Of a stretch of 41,827 bases of DNA, positions 12,101 to 23,584 are shown piece after piece. A model generated the notes under the pieces. That model was not told the DNA's origin. It was given only the letters and a program-made list of their open reading frames with translations, and did not search any database. The stretch's first letter is position 1; each line of letters starts with the position of its first letter. This DNA comes from Aduncisulcus paluster (lineage: Eukaryota): positions 1 through 41,827 of the forward strand of contig BQXS01012524.1 of the NCBI GenBank assembly GCA_024181965.1. Direction: 5' to 3'. Made by a program: the position numbers and the translations under genes.

Positions 12101-15100
12101 TCCTCTTCCCTCCCCTTCCTCTTCTGCGTTAGCGTCTGGAATATTTGGTCTTTGCATATGGTGTATTATAAGGGAGATAGAGAGAGATTCATATGTCAGG
12201 AGAATTAACCAATTATGGACAGAATGGCATCACTCACACAAGAAACAAGTCATATCCACCATAATTAAACAACATTTGCAGAATAATGGGAATAATCCTC
12301 AGTTTCTCAAATATTTTAGGGAGATAGAGAGAGATTCATATGTCAGGAGAATTAACCAATTATGGACAGAATGGCATCACTCACACAAGAAACAAGTCAT
12401 ATCCACCATAATTAAACAACATTTGCAGAATAATGGGAATAATCCTCAGTTTCTCAAATATTTTATAAATAGATTGACCAGTTTCAATCATGGAAAGCAA
12501 TCCAATGACCATTTAGATGATTATACTTTATTCAGAGAGAAGCCAAGTCAAGATAATCCCCATCAACATGGTGAAGAAGACTCTGCTTCATACCGTTCAC
12601 CTCTCAAGCTCTCCCATTTAAGCACGAAACCATCTGGAACAACCCAACAATGGACAGAATGGCATCACTCACACAAGAAACAAGTCATATCCATTAATGG
12701 GAATAATCCTCAGTTTCTCAAATATTTTATAAATAGATTGACCAGTTTCAATCATGGAAAGCAATCCAATGACCATTTAGATGATTATACTTTATTCAGA
12801 GAGAAGCCAAGTCAAGATAATCCCCATCAACATGGTGAAGAAGACTCTGCTTCATACCGTTCACCTCTCAAGCTCTCCCATTTAAGCACGAAACCATCTG
12901 GAACAACCCAACAAACAACATCCTCTGCTTGCTCTCCTTCTTGTTCCTATATTCCTCCTCTTCCCTCCCCTTCCTTGGATGATGTCAGTAGAGTAGTCTC
13001 GATAATGTTCAGAGATGCCTGTAAAACTATGAAAATGAGTGATAGCGACCTTTCTCTGCTTGAAATACAGCATTCTGAAATCTCAACTGTGTCAAAAGAT
13101 CTCAAGCAGGTCCATCCACCAGCAATATCTCAGATTTTAGCTATTTTATTCGAACATTTACTCGTTATACGGGAATCAATTGAAGAACAATGTCATGGAA
13201 ATGAATCACTTACAAACGAAGGAATAGAAAGAGATCATCAACAAGTATCCGCTTCTACTGATGACATCATGTCGCACTGCCAATCTAAAAATAGATCAAG
13301 CCCGATGCAATCCTCATCTCTAAAAATAGAAAAGGGTTGTGACTCTTCTAAATCCAGTCTTTCTTCCTCTTCTTCTTCTTCTATTTTGAAATCTCTGGAG
13401 TCCCGTCCGATTGTTAATATTCCAGATTCCGTCTGTTCGCTTGCTTGGTGTTCTTTTTGTGTAATTCGAAGTCTTCAGGAAGAAAAAAACAATGAAGACG
13501 TGCTTCGTGCTGCTGAACTGGAAATCCGCAGGAAAGAAGAAGAGAAACTCGCCAAGGAGCATCGAAAACTTCAGAGAGACCGGAGGAGAAGGGAGAAAAC
13601 CATCAGTGGGATTGAGTCAAGTGATTCTGAGACGAAAAAAGAGGAAGAATGCATTCCAGAAGGTATGCTTCTCTCTCCATCTGAGCATGAATCAGATAGC
13701 CAGTCCATTGGATGCATCATTTCAAGTCCTAATCCCTCACCTTCTTCTCTCCACACAGAAAACACACCATCTCTGGCTGCGAATAAGTATATTATTCCAT
13801 CAATTATCCCACCAATATTCAATAGGGGGTTCTTACTCTCTCTTCCAGCATTCTTCCAAATTCCTCATACATCAATATGTCAGGTTTTGCTCTCCATCTG
13901 TATGAATGTGCTTGAAAATGAATTTAAAAGACGTGAAAAAGAATTGAAACAAATTAAAATTTCACTAAAAAATGAATTGAAGAAACAGCGAAGAAAAGAT
14001 AAGGAAATGGCACGAAAACTCCGTCGAAAATCAGGGATAGAAACAATATCTGCAACAACAGACCTACACGGAGATATGAGTACTACCCGACTTACTAGCA
14101 GTTCCCAAAATAGAACAACTGAGAAAGATACTTCTGATTCCAAGCGGCAACAACAACACTCCCCACTCCATCGTTCTCCGACTTCCGAAGAAGCAGGCAT
14201 TGGTGTCGATAGTCGATATATTCAATAGGGGGTTCTTACTCTCTCTTCCAGCATTCTTCCAAATTCCTCATACATCAATATGTCAGGTTTTGCTCTCCAT
14301 CTGTATGAATGTGCTTGAAAATGAATTTAAAAGACGTGAAAAAGAATTGAAACAAATTAAAATTTCACTAAAAAATGAATTGAAGAAACAGCGAAGAAAA
14401 GATAAGGAAATGGCACGAAAACTCCGTCGAAAATCAGGGATAGAAACAATATCTGCAACAACAGACCTACACGGAGATATGAGTACTACCCGACTTACTA
14501 GCAGTTCCCAAAATAGAACAACTGAGAAAGATACTTCTGATTCCAAGCGGCAACAACAACACTCCCCACTCCATCGTTCTCCGACTTCCGAAGAAGCAGG
14601 CATTGGTGTCGATAGTCGATATTCTTCCCCCATTCCATCAATATCCGAGCAGTCAGAAGACAGTGTCAATGCAAATACCCAAGGGATCAGAGGTGGGAAG
14701 CGGCCATTAAATTCGTCAAAAAGAAACCCCCGTGATGAGGAAGACAAAGAGGAGGAAGATGATGGAGAGACGGAAGGAATTCTAATTGATCCGTCTCTTT
14801 TGTTTATTGAACGCAAAAGAAAGGCTGAAATACGACAGTGTGAACGATTATCTGATGTGTTGTTGCATGTTTTACTCCCGATTCTTCATGTGCTGACAGG
14901 AATGTATTGTGATACATCACTTAACGATCAAAATAAGAAGAATCCTCAACCCATCAAAACTTCACTAATTAGTGACCAGCATCTAATGCAAAGACAAGGG
15001 TTTGTTGGAGCCAAAGATGGAAGTCTGTTTCACCAACAACAGAAAGTATCTCCGGTTGTCCCAACCAGATTTCCTCTTCATCTCTCCCTTCTGAAACATG

Positions 15101-15828
15101 CCTTATCTGTCGTATGTGAACATGTTTTGTGTAGTTATGGCGTTCGTTTGAATGCCGTTTGGAGGATTGAAGGGTATTTACACACAGGTGAAGGAGTAAG
15201 AAAAGTGGCACAAACCAAGACTGGTCTGCCTTCCCTTGAGAACTCTGGTATAATAGAGAGCACAAAGGGTGATGAAGACGAAGAATCCAAAATACCTATC
15301 ATTCCCCATTCTGCTGGTATTCATGATCACAAGAAGATCCAAGGTAATGTTGACCAGTCCTCACATATCATGGGAAGCACTCATGTCAAGGAACAACTCC
15401 CAAGGGCCCTGATATCTCTTCTCCAAAGGCTTGAACCAGCGATATTGAAACATTTATCATTCCTTTCTCCTCAGATTCCCACTTTGGCAGCCCTCCTTAC
15501 ACTTATTGATATCGCTTGTGGGCAGGGTAAAAGAGTTAGAAAAGTGAAAAGAGATTCTTCATGGGATGAGATGATCAAAAAATCACAACTTTTGCATATG
15601 AAAGCAATCACCTCCTCATCAACAAAACCCAAGATTAGTGCGTCAGATACTGGCCCAAAGAATCCTCAAAATGGACCAATTTGGGGCTGGTCATCACACT
15701 CAAACGTCCAATATTATGATTCTATGGGATCTGGTGGAATAGAATATGGTGAAGCAAGAAGATTCCGAGGAGAGCGACTGGGAGGGTTAAGAACTCAGAA
15801 AAGAAAGAAAAGAAACACTTTTCTTTAA
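6134..15828 (+). CDS. One very large Ser/Glu-rich hypothetical protein (~2604 aa reconstructed), split into ORFs 6128-7318, 7261-9699, 9792-14228 and 14200-15828 by local duplications and gaps
   Basis: Removing the duplication offsets of 269, 353, 855 and 403 nt from the 9695-nt span leaves 7815 nt, exactly 2605 codons. Peptide overlaps at each junction are identical. Confidence 0.8.
6883..7400 (+). repeat. Direct duplication (offset 269) across the N gap 7132-7151; probable scaffolding overlap artefact
   Basis: 6883-7131 recurs from 7152 with one substitution seen. Confidence 0.9.
9334..10019 (+). repeat. Direct duplication (offset 353) across the N gap 9667-9686; probable scaffolding overlap artefact
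   Basis: 9334-9666 recurs from 9687 (gagcaag vs gagtaag near the edge). Confidence 0.9.
11676..12975 (+). repeat. Nested identical partial tandem repeats (net excess 855 nt, in frame)
   Basis: Blocks encoding ALASGIFGLCIW, REIERDSYVRR, WTEWHHSHKKQVIS and NGNNPQFLKYF recur 2-4 times with no sequence differences seen. Confidence 0.9.
13815..14622 (+). repeat. Identical 403-nt tandem duplication causing a frameshift
   Basis: 13815-14219 recurs from 14218, with atat microhomology at the junction. Confidence 0.9.
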
Positions 15829-16205
15829 GTTTTACTCAATTTTTGATGTTGATACATCACACCTTCAAACTGGATCACTTCAAGGATTGTATGGAATTCA
15901 AACTTACTTTTTGGACGATTTCAATGCTATAAAATACACACGAATTGAACACATTCCACGCTCCTTACCTTCGTTCCTGTTTGACCATCAGTCGAGACAA
16001 TCTGTACTACAGATTCTGTAGGGAAGATGTTGAAGAAAAGATGGAATCATGAATTCTTCACGAATTCAAGATCAGAAAAGACAATTGTGCACTTCTTTGA
16101 TCGGATCAATGTTAATAATTATTAAAAATCAAGAAATTTATCCGACACAGTGTCTGGGAGATAGTCAAAGGTATTACGTCCTTTGAAGACAATAACATCA
16201 TTGAA

Positions 16206-17309
16206 TTATTTCCATGGAAGTAGAGATAATCGTTCAGCTGCAATGGTTTCCTCGGGCATAGTAAATACAAGGGAGTGGATGCAGAAATATCGATTATTCT
16301 TCTCTTTCCACGTTCCTTTCCCTTCAATCTCACACAATACAATATTATCCAAATCAATAGGAAGGAAGTGCCATTCAAACCAATGTTTAGGTTTTGTGAA
16401 TTCATACTTCTTGGATGTCTTCTTACCATCACAATCAGTGAAAGTGAAGAGAAGAGAGGGTGAACTGATATCCCTAATCACACAGATATAGGCACCTCCG
16501 ATGGGACTAGGTGATGGGAAAGGGATGGAAAGATGGGATAAGCGAAGACTATCTTCCCCTTTTAACATTTTTTGTGCATCTGAACTCTGATCATACTTCT
16601 CAAATTCCTTACTATACGAATCATTCTTGCACTTAACCATTGAGAATGAAGGATCAACAAGCTTTGGATCATCTCGTGGAATGGGAATAGAATCTCTGCC
16701 TTTAGATTTTCTATCTCCTTCCTTAACAAACTCTGGTTTCACAACTGGAGTTTCAGACCATAGTTTCTCTCTGGCTTCATGAGATTTGATTTCTTCAGGG
16801 TTTTCTTCTCTACTAATGAAAACAAGGGAGATGATTCCAAAATACTCTTTCCTTCTTCCTTTCCCTGTAATCTCACACAAAACAACATCAGGGAGATCAA
16901 CAGGAAGGAAATACCAATGAAAACCATGAAATTCAGGAAATTCGTATTTCTTGGATCTTTTCTCACCCTTTGAAGATGTGAGAGTGAAGATAAGGTGTGA
17001 TGGAGCGAAATTACCCCGATCCCACAGACAGATGAAAGCCCCTTCCATTGAGGAAGATGAAGAGAAAGGAATGGAGATATGGGTAAATTGTCCTAAATTA
17101 AACTCTCCTTTCATCATCTTTTGTGCATAAGAACTCTGATCGTACTTTTTATCACCTTCTTCCAAGGTTCCATCGATTGCCCCGATTGTTGGAAACTCTG
17201 CACTCTTAATGTTGGGGGAATCTCGAGGAATTGGACAACACCACCGATTTCCTTCATGAACAAACTCAGGTTGCATAGTTTGAATAACGGCATCTGTGGA
17301 TGAACTCAT
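16206..17309 (-). CDS. 367-aa protein made of two tandem homologous ~175-aa domains; member of a multigene family
   Basis: Both halves carry PEFV.EG, PIPRD.P, YDQSS.AQKM.KGE, H.SIPF, GA.IC, KKYEF, W.FLP.DL..VLCEI.GKG and SLVF. Paralogue at 38150-39241. No signal peptide or TM segment is evident. Confidence 0.92.
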   Translation of the reverse strand: MSSSTDAVIQTMQPEFVHEGNRWCCPIPRDSPNIKSAEFPTIGAIDGTLEEGDKKYDQSSYAQKMMKGEFNLGQFTHISIPFSSSSSMEGAFICLWDRGNFAPSHLIFTLTSSKGEKRSKKYEFPEFHGFHWYFLPVDLPDVVLCEITGKGRRKEYFGIISLVFISREENPEEIKSHEAREKLWSETPVVKPEFVKEGDRKSKGRDSIPIPRDDPKLVDPSFSMVKCKNDSYSKEFEKYDQSSDAQKMLKGEDSLRLSHLSIPFPSPSPIGGAYICVIRDISSPSLLFTFTDCDGKKTSKKYEFTKPKHWFEWHFLPIDLDNIVLCEIEGKGTWKEKNNRYFCIHSLVFTMPEETIAAERLSLLPWK

Positions 17310-17439
17310 TTGAATAGCGATAGAATTTCTTATCTAAAAAATGTGAACAAACGGAAAAATTGCGAATTTCAAGGAGAACAGTCCGAGAAACAAAGACAAA
17401 ACGAGCAAAACGAACAAAACGAACAAGAAACGACCACAC

Positions 17440-18441
17440 AGCACAATATAGTTAGTATAATTGAATATCAACGATTAATATATATCTTAATATGTATTTA
17501 ACAACAGATATGACATACAGTAAATATATAATGTGTTATTAACGAAAGAAAAGATAACGACCAAACCCACAACCCCCGATTGGCAAACTCAGGAAGTGAT
17601 ATCGTATAATATATGCATAAAAATATATGAACATTTTCTTTGGAACATATATTACATGCCATCCTTGTGAGTCCACTCCTGACAATGACATTCAAAATCC
17701 GTTTCATTATCTCCCTATTTGCCAACACATCGAATTACAAAGTTCCCATTTACAATGATAAAATCATCTTGTAATCCGTGAATGCCATCGACATGGGTAT
17801 TCTATTGTTATTTTGCTTTGTTTGTTGCTTTGTTTGTTGTTTTCCTGTTGGAGCTCTTGTATTCTGTTGTTTGACATTTGTGTATTCTCCCCAAAACAAT
17901 TGATTAAACAATATCACTCGTTTTATTAACCATTGCCATTTATTTGATGTATATTTCTATTTTGAATCGATTTGTACCCTTAAATGCCCATCCTGTGCAG
18001 TCTCTCCAAGATTCTGGATGAAATTTGACAATTTCCTGCTGGAGCAAGAAAGCTGAGAAGTGAAATAGAATTAAATATAATCACTTTTATTGTGCTAATA
18101 ATTATCCGTTTCCCTAACCTCGCCAGAATATTCCATCCAATATACTATTCTATACATCTTCTCCAATCTCTACAAACCACACTTCCTCGGCAACATGAAT
18201 CCCTGCGGCTCTTTGGCAAATACGATAAGCCTCCAGAATATATCCAGAAAGCTCAGATATAATCATATTCTTTCGAGTGATCCACACAAGACGATCGCAA
18301 GGTTTGACTCTCCTTTCTTCGTGAACATTCAAACCCACAAGACTCAGTGACGCGTTGATCCATGCCCACTCGCCAACAAGGTGTGATGGAAGGCAGGCAA
18401 GTGGGGCCAGATCGTCGAGTTCTTTGAAACTAGATCGTGCT
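17440..18441. repeat. 1002-bp segment bounded by 13-bp inverted repeats (agcacaatatagt at 17440-17452, actagatcgtgct at 18429-18441; 11/13 match)
   Basis: The reverse complement of actagatcgtgct is agcacgatctagt. The match is perfect in copy B. Confidence 0.7.
18150..18428 (-). pseudogene. 5'-truncated duplicate of the last 93 codons of the 365-3595 gene
   Basis: FKELDDLAPLACLPSH...EIGEDV*. The ORF-track start at 18449 is a GTG in unrelated junction sequence. Confidence 0.8.
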
Positions 18442-18570
18442 AATACCACCCATCAACTCAATGTATGAGTGGATCAACAAATGCCTTCGCTCATAAAAAT
18501 AAATGAAAGTGAAGTAAAGAGAGGATTTAGAGCTTGAACTAAGATGTTAGTTGCCAGAAATACTGTCATA

Positions 18571-21036
18571 TTATTCAAGCTCAAATAATTTTCCAACGGC
18601 CAGTGCTAGAGGTTTTGAGATTTTCTTATATTTCGTAATATAATGTTCCTTGTCTTTCTTACAGTGTCTACTTTTCCGAACTTGGAATGCCTCTGGTGGA
18701 GGCGAAGGAGAATTCAATACAACCATTGGAGATATAATCTTCCCATTATGCGAATCCTTTGAAAGTTCCCATCGACCACAAACATGTCGATCCATACCAA
18801 TGATTCCTTCATTGGAGGCATCTTTGACACAGTGAAGAGAAAATCTTCGAACAAATATGCCAGGATTTTTGACACTTATGTATATTTCTCTCTTATGAAA
18901 GGAATTGAATGTGTGAAAATGAATCAATGGTAAAAGAAGAGGATCTTTGGTTTCGAGCCATTTGAGGTAGCTTTTACATTGTTTTTTAGGCGTTTTAAGT
19001 TTTTTGACCTTGCATATATTCCAAATCGTGGCCGACATAGCACGTTCAAAATTCTCAATATGATCACGAAAAATGCGAAGACAATCTTCAGATTCCCTTG
19101 ATTTTCCGATGTCTTTATCATGGGTTAATGAAACAGAGAATCTTGATTTGAATATTTTAATACTGTTTTCGAGGCATTTATCTAAGAGTGCAACATAGGA
19201 TTTGGAGGAAGAAAGTGAGGTTTTCCATTCGGTTTGGAGCTTTTTTGGGAATATATATGGCGGTTGAGACATAAATGTTGATGGAACTGGGTCAGAATAA
19301 TCAACAATATATTTTTTATCATATTCTTTATCCAGAAAAGTAGTAAAATCAAGATATGCTCTAATCCATGTCTCTACCATAAATACCTCAATCTTTTTCA
19401 GTCCCAAGTACTCAACAAGAAGCTTCAAGATATCTTTAATAAACGGCAAAATCTCAGACTGAATCAATGCTCCAAAATCTCGATCAGACATTCCAGTATG
19501 TAAAATGGGGTTTAATCTATCAATATAATACCCCTTTTCCTTGTGCATTTCATCACTAAAAGATTTCTTTTCTTCTTTTCCTGAGAGATTCAGATGTTTT
19601 GCCACCATTCCAGTGTCATCATTTTTGGGTTCATCATGGAAAATATTGCTTAAGTAAGAAACTGGAGGAGCTTGACATAGAGAGTGGATTAGGGCAGGCC
19701 GAAGATCAAAAGACTCATGCATATCAATGTATTCCAAAATACTGGTTAGATTATGCGCTCCAATCTTTCTATTAGCACTGATCCATCTGAATCTTGATGT
19801 CTGTAACCAATCTCTAATGTAATTGCAATAATACATCCCGCTATTTCCAGCAGAAATATCAAGGATGGACGATCTCATTATGCGGTAATAAAATTCGGGA
19901 GAATACTTCATTGATCCATGATGAGGAGTTGAAGAAATAATGCAATCTGTCGCACCATACTTTCTAAATTCTTCACGAGAAAAGAACGTATTTGCTTTAA
20001 TTGAAGCATCTTTATCAAAACAAACGATATCACCAGAGAAAAATGCCTTAAATGGCTGACTATTGGGAGTCAACGCGGGTTTGATTTTTCTAAACGAAGA
20101 CTCAAGTTCAGGACAAGAAAATATCGATGAAATATCAGAAATTGACAAGGAATGGGTTGGATGAGAAAAAAGAATAGAAATGGAATTGGAATTCACACTT
20201 TCGCTATCATCATATTTGATGCTGGGAGAAGGAACAAAAAGAGTAATGTCAAAGGGGCAGAAAATACACGAGGAATCAGAATGGGAGGGAGAGTGAAAAC
20301 GCTGTAAAATACAAGTCCCATATGTTTTCTCATGTGGATCATCTGTTGAACCTTTTTGGAGAAGGAGCGAAAACCCACGGTCACGACATTGATCGATATA
20401 TTCATTATGCTTAGAAATATTGGATCTATCCCACACTTCATCGGTTTTTAATTCCTTTTCGTCTAAATTCGGCAAGTTTAGTTTTCGAGAATAAGCAGAA
20501 GCCAGCCCTCCTCTTCCCCTAATCTCTTCAAGCACGCTATTAATAAATAAGTTATATTTAGCATGTTTTATATGATTATGTATATTATAATACTCAAGAT
20601 ATTGTATTGTTAAGAGATATCTCCCGACATAATGCTTCAAATCATATGGAGAATCAATAGGACCAGAATCTATTATAGCAGCATATGGACCGCACTTTAT
20701 AATGTGTAAGTTATAAAACCAAGGACATCCACATAGAACATGAGCAACTTCAATGGATATCTTGGGATTTATCAACATCACTGTAATGCAAAAAAGAATA
20801 CACGACGATAATATTCAATAATATCTTAATCTTGAATAATGATCAAAATAATTCCTTATTCCAATCAATTAATTTCCAAATAGTTGTTTTAGTAAGAAAT
20901 TGATAGTTGAGTCAATTTGATCGATTTTCAAAATACAGTTTTACTTACCATGGTTAAATAACTTATGAAGAAATTTAATTATTGTATTATATGACGAATT
21001 AGTCTTCATTCTGGAAGAATTGTGTGCCTTCATCAT
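18571..21036 (-). CDS. Hypothetical protein (~765 aa); probable exon 1 at 21036-20949, intron 20948-20781, exon 2 at 20780-18571
   Basis: The 736-aa ORF begins at a TTTTTTGCATTACAG acceptor. An upstream CATG|GTAAGT donor joins in phase 1 to MMKAHNSSR...LFNH. The ORF is secure and exon 1 is tentative; an in-frame ATG also follows the acceptor. Confidence 0.7.
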
Positions 21037-21346
21037 CTCTCATTCTATTGAAGCGTTAGATTTCTGTTTTCAAATATTTTGGGTGGTAATTGTGAAATTA
21101 TCTAATTTTCATCAATTTTTTTGGCATGATATGCCGGCGAACAATGTTGTTGTGTTTTCTTCAATGGGAGACTTTTACCTAAAGTGAAGATGATCCATAC
21201 ATAAATTTAATCTCTTAATGGATATAACATGTGGAATTTTGTGGCAATGATTCGAAGAATATATCCATGATTAATCTTGTCAAATTTGTTGGGGCCATTT
21301 TCTTTTTTTTTTCGCCAGTATTATTCTTTTTTAGAATATATTTTAT

Positions 21347-23584
21347 ATGAAACCTGTATTAATTCTTCATGGATACCTTTTGGAAGGATCTGGAAGTAAT
21401 TTATGGACCAGAAGTGTAGCTAAAGCGTTTTTGAGATCTGGAAGAGATGTCCATCTATTTTGTCAGGAACCAGAACCTGAAAAATATAAATTTATTAACG
21501 AAGCTTACAAATATACCACTGATATCAAAAATCAGTTCAATTTATCAGGATTTATTCTCGGAGCTGCCACTGGTGTTGCAGAGTGTTTTACTCCAAATCA
21601 CCATAAAAGCGGATATCCATTATTTTCAAAAATTCCAGATCTTTTAAAATTTAAAGATCATTCATCTCTTGTATCTCAATCTGAAATATTAACTTCTGAA
21701 CCCTTCCACTGGTCTCATTTCACTCCAACTTCAGAGAAAATATATACTCGAGCTACTCCAGCTTATCCATCGGTTCCAAAATGTATTATTCACAAGCCAA
21801 ATTTATTATCCGACACATTGCCCGTATTTGTCACAGATAAGTATAAAGAATATATTGCAGTCCCAATTCCCTCGTGTTTGCCACCTGTTTTGGGGAAATA
21901 TATTGCCATTAATGCAGCCTGTTTGTTGAAAGTTGTTGAAGAGGTACAACCTAGTATTATTGTTGCAAATCACACGGTTTTGATGCCTACTGTTGCTCAA
22001 TTGGTCATTCACCACCTTAAATCCAAGAAATCTGCATCAATTCCACGTTTAATAATAGTTCCACATGGCTCTGCGCTTGAATATGTTGTGAGAAGGGATG
22101 AACGTGCCTTTGTTCTTGCCTATCTCTCCCTTCTCTCCTCCTCAACCATTTGCTACATTGCCGATGAGATAAAACTTCGTTTAGAATCATATTTTACAGA
22201 ATTGTGCTGTTCTTCACACTACCACACTCATCTAAATACATCGAATCCATCCTCCATCCCTCGTCCCGTGACGTGGCTTGATGAAAAGCTCCTTAAACTT
22301 CCACTTGGAGTCGATACTACATTATTTACTTCAGGTTATACCGATATTGAGAAAAGATCTGCATTAACTAACTTGATTAAGCTTGTATCTCAACCTGAAA
22401 TTGGAATCGCAACAGGAAGAGAGGATGAGGAGGAAGGGATAGCATTGGACCATTGTTCAAAATCTAGAGCCTTACAACGATGCAATGTCATACTGCAGAA
22501 ATATTTGGATTGTCAAACCAAGAAATCGGAGGTCAATCCCGTATCATCATCTCTTTATACTCATTATTCATATACGGAACAGTCAAAGGGCGGTGATGAC
22601 GAGGTTTTGGATGCAGAAAAGACTGATCTTCTGGCATCTTTGCAAGAACAAATCAATCTAATTGCGACTCGAAGTGGAACTCACCATGACATGGATTTTG
22701 CAAAGAAAATGGATTTTTTGAGCAAAGAAAAAATCGGTAAAACCCAACATTTACCTCGAATAATTGCCTTTGTGGGCCGTTTAATCGCTGGGAAAGGTCT
22801 TCAAAACTTATTGTTAGCCATGCCTCTGCTTTTGGAATGTCACCATGATATTTGTCTCGTCGTAGTTGGCTCTGGTCCCCTACGTCCATTGCTTGAATTG
22901 TTCTGGTATTCTCTCTGTGAGGGAGCCAAAGATCGTCTTTTGTTGCTTTGTTCTCTCGTTGAGTTCTTGTCAGACCCGGCTTCAATTAAGTTAAAATCGA
23001 GCATTGGTGATTCAAAATTGCACAAAATATCTTCGTTCCATAAAAACGACATGTTTGAACGATCTCGACTTTTTATTGAATCTGCCCCTGAAACTTACTG
23101 GAAATCCATCAAAGAGATTGGGTTTTCGGCGTATCCGCGTGTTATCTTCGCAGGATATCTCCTCCATCATCAACTAGCTCCACTCTTAACCGCATCTTCA
23201 TGTCTCTGCTGTCCATCCGTTGTGAAGGAAGCTGGGCCCCTTGTGTATCTCGAGGGCTTGGCAAGCTGTTGTATCTGCGTTGGCACCGATATGGGTGGAG
23301 TTCGGAGTATGAAAGCATTCATTCTCAACGAAGCGAGGGAAATTATGGAGAAGCAAATGGAAGTTGATGTAAAAGATGAGGAGGAAAGGAACAGAATAAT
23401 TACAAAGGAGTGCCATCTCTTGGGTCAATGTATGTCCTTTGAACCATCCTGCAATGCTGAATTTATCCATCGGCTGACTTATTGTTTGTTGCGTGGTTTG
23501 GAATTGGATAAAAAACACTTATCTTTAATTGAAGAAATTGTTCGAGAAGAATTTGATTGGGAGAAAATTGTGTCTAAATTATAA
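21347..23584 (+). CDS. Glycosyltransferase family 4 (GT-B fold), bacterial-like
   Basis: N-terminal ILHGYLLEGSGSNLWTRSVA...VHLFCQE, then PHGSALEY, PLGVDTTLF, FVGRLIAGKG, VVGSGP, PSVVKEAGPLVYLEGLAS (E-x7-E motif), GTDMGG and a C-terminal FDWEKI. Confidence 0.92.
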   Translation: MKPVLILHGYLLEGSGSNLWTRSVAKAFLRSGRDVHLFCQEPEPEKYKFINEAYKYTTDIKNQFNLSGFILGAATGVAECFTPNHHKSGYPLFSKIPDLLKFKDHSSLVSQSEILTSEPFHWSHFTPTSEKIYTRATPAYPSVPKCIIHKPNLLSDTLPVFVTDKYKEYIAVPIPSCLPPVLGKYIAINAACLLKVVEEVQPSIIVANHTVLMPTVAQLVIHHLKSKKSASIPRLIIVPHGSALEYVVRRDERAFVLAYLSLLSSSTICYIADEIKLRLESYFTELCCSSHYHTHLNTSNPSSIPRPVTWLDEKLLKLPLGVDTTLFTSGYTDIEKRSALTNLIKLVSQPEIGIATGREDEEEGIALDHCSKSRALQRCNVILQKYLDCQTKKSEVNPVSSSLYTHYSYTEQSKGGDDEVLDAEKTDLLASLQEQINLIATRSGTHHDMDFAKKMDFLSKEKIGKTQHLPRIIAFVGRLIAGKGLQNLLLAMPLLLECHHDICLVVVGSGPLRPLLELFWYSLCEGAKDRLLLLCSLVEFLSDPASIKLKSSIGDSKLHKISSFHKNDMFERSRLFIESAPETYWKSIKEIGFSAYPRVIFAGYLLHHQLAPLLTASSCLCCPSVVKEAGPLVYLEGLASCCICVGTDMGGVRSMKAFILNEAREIMEKQMEVDVKDEEERNRIITKECHLLGQCMSFEPSCNAEFIHRLTYCLLRGLELDKKHLSLIEEIVREEFDWEKIVSKL

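Larger units (their letters stand above)
16143..18459 (-). mobile_element. Dispersed ~2.3-kb cassette copy A (variable two-domain gene plus ~1-kb inverted-repeat-bounded upstream segment); mobility mechanism unknown
   Basis: Colinear with 38092-40610, from cgacac..tctgg to ccacccatcaactc. No transposase or target-site duplication seen. Confidence 0.7.

Noticed and set aside
6128-15828. Four separate genes or programmed frameshifts
   Set aside because: Every frame break coincides with an identical duplication or N gap, and removing them restores one frame.
15791-16021. 76-codon open frame overlapping the end of the giant gene
   Set aside because: It has no ATG or supported splice junction, and its distal part is built from palindromes.
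16206-17309. Diversity-generating retroelement as the source of variation
   Set aside because: No reverse transcriptase or template repeat is in the window. Differences include indels and non-adenine changes (e.g. CGG/TGG).
17498-17728. 76-aa ORF conserved in both cassettes (also 39649-39879)
   Set aside because: It has a non-ATG start, and conservation is expected from ~99% DNA identity. No coding evidence.
17372-17890. Long inverted repeat between the A/C-rich tract (17372-17450) and the T/G-rich tract (17800-17890)
   Set aside because: Complementarity is compositional and low-complexity, with no sustained alignment.
18400-18459. Helitron 3' end (CTAG at 18430-18433)
   Set aside because: There is no convincing subterminal hairpin, the next base is not T, and homology between copies continues 26 nt past it.
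21309-21317. TTTCGCCA motif upstream of GT4 and of the coiled-coil gene (32993)
   Set aside because: Two occurrences at different distances are too few to call a promoter element.
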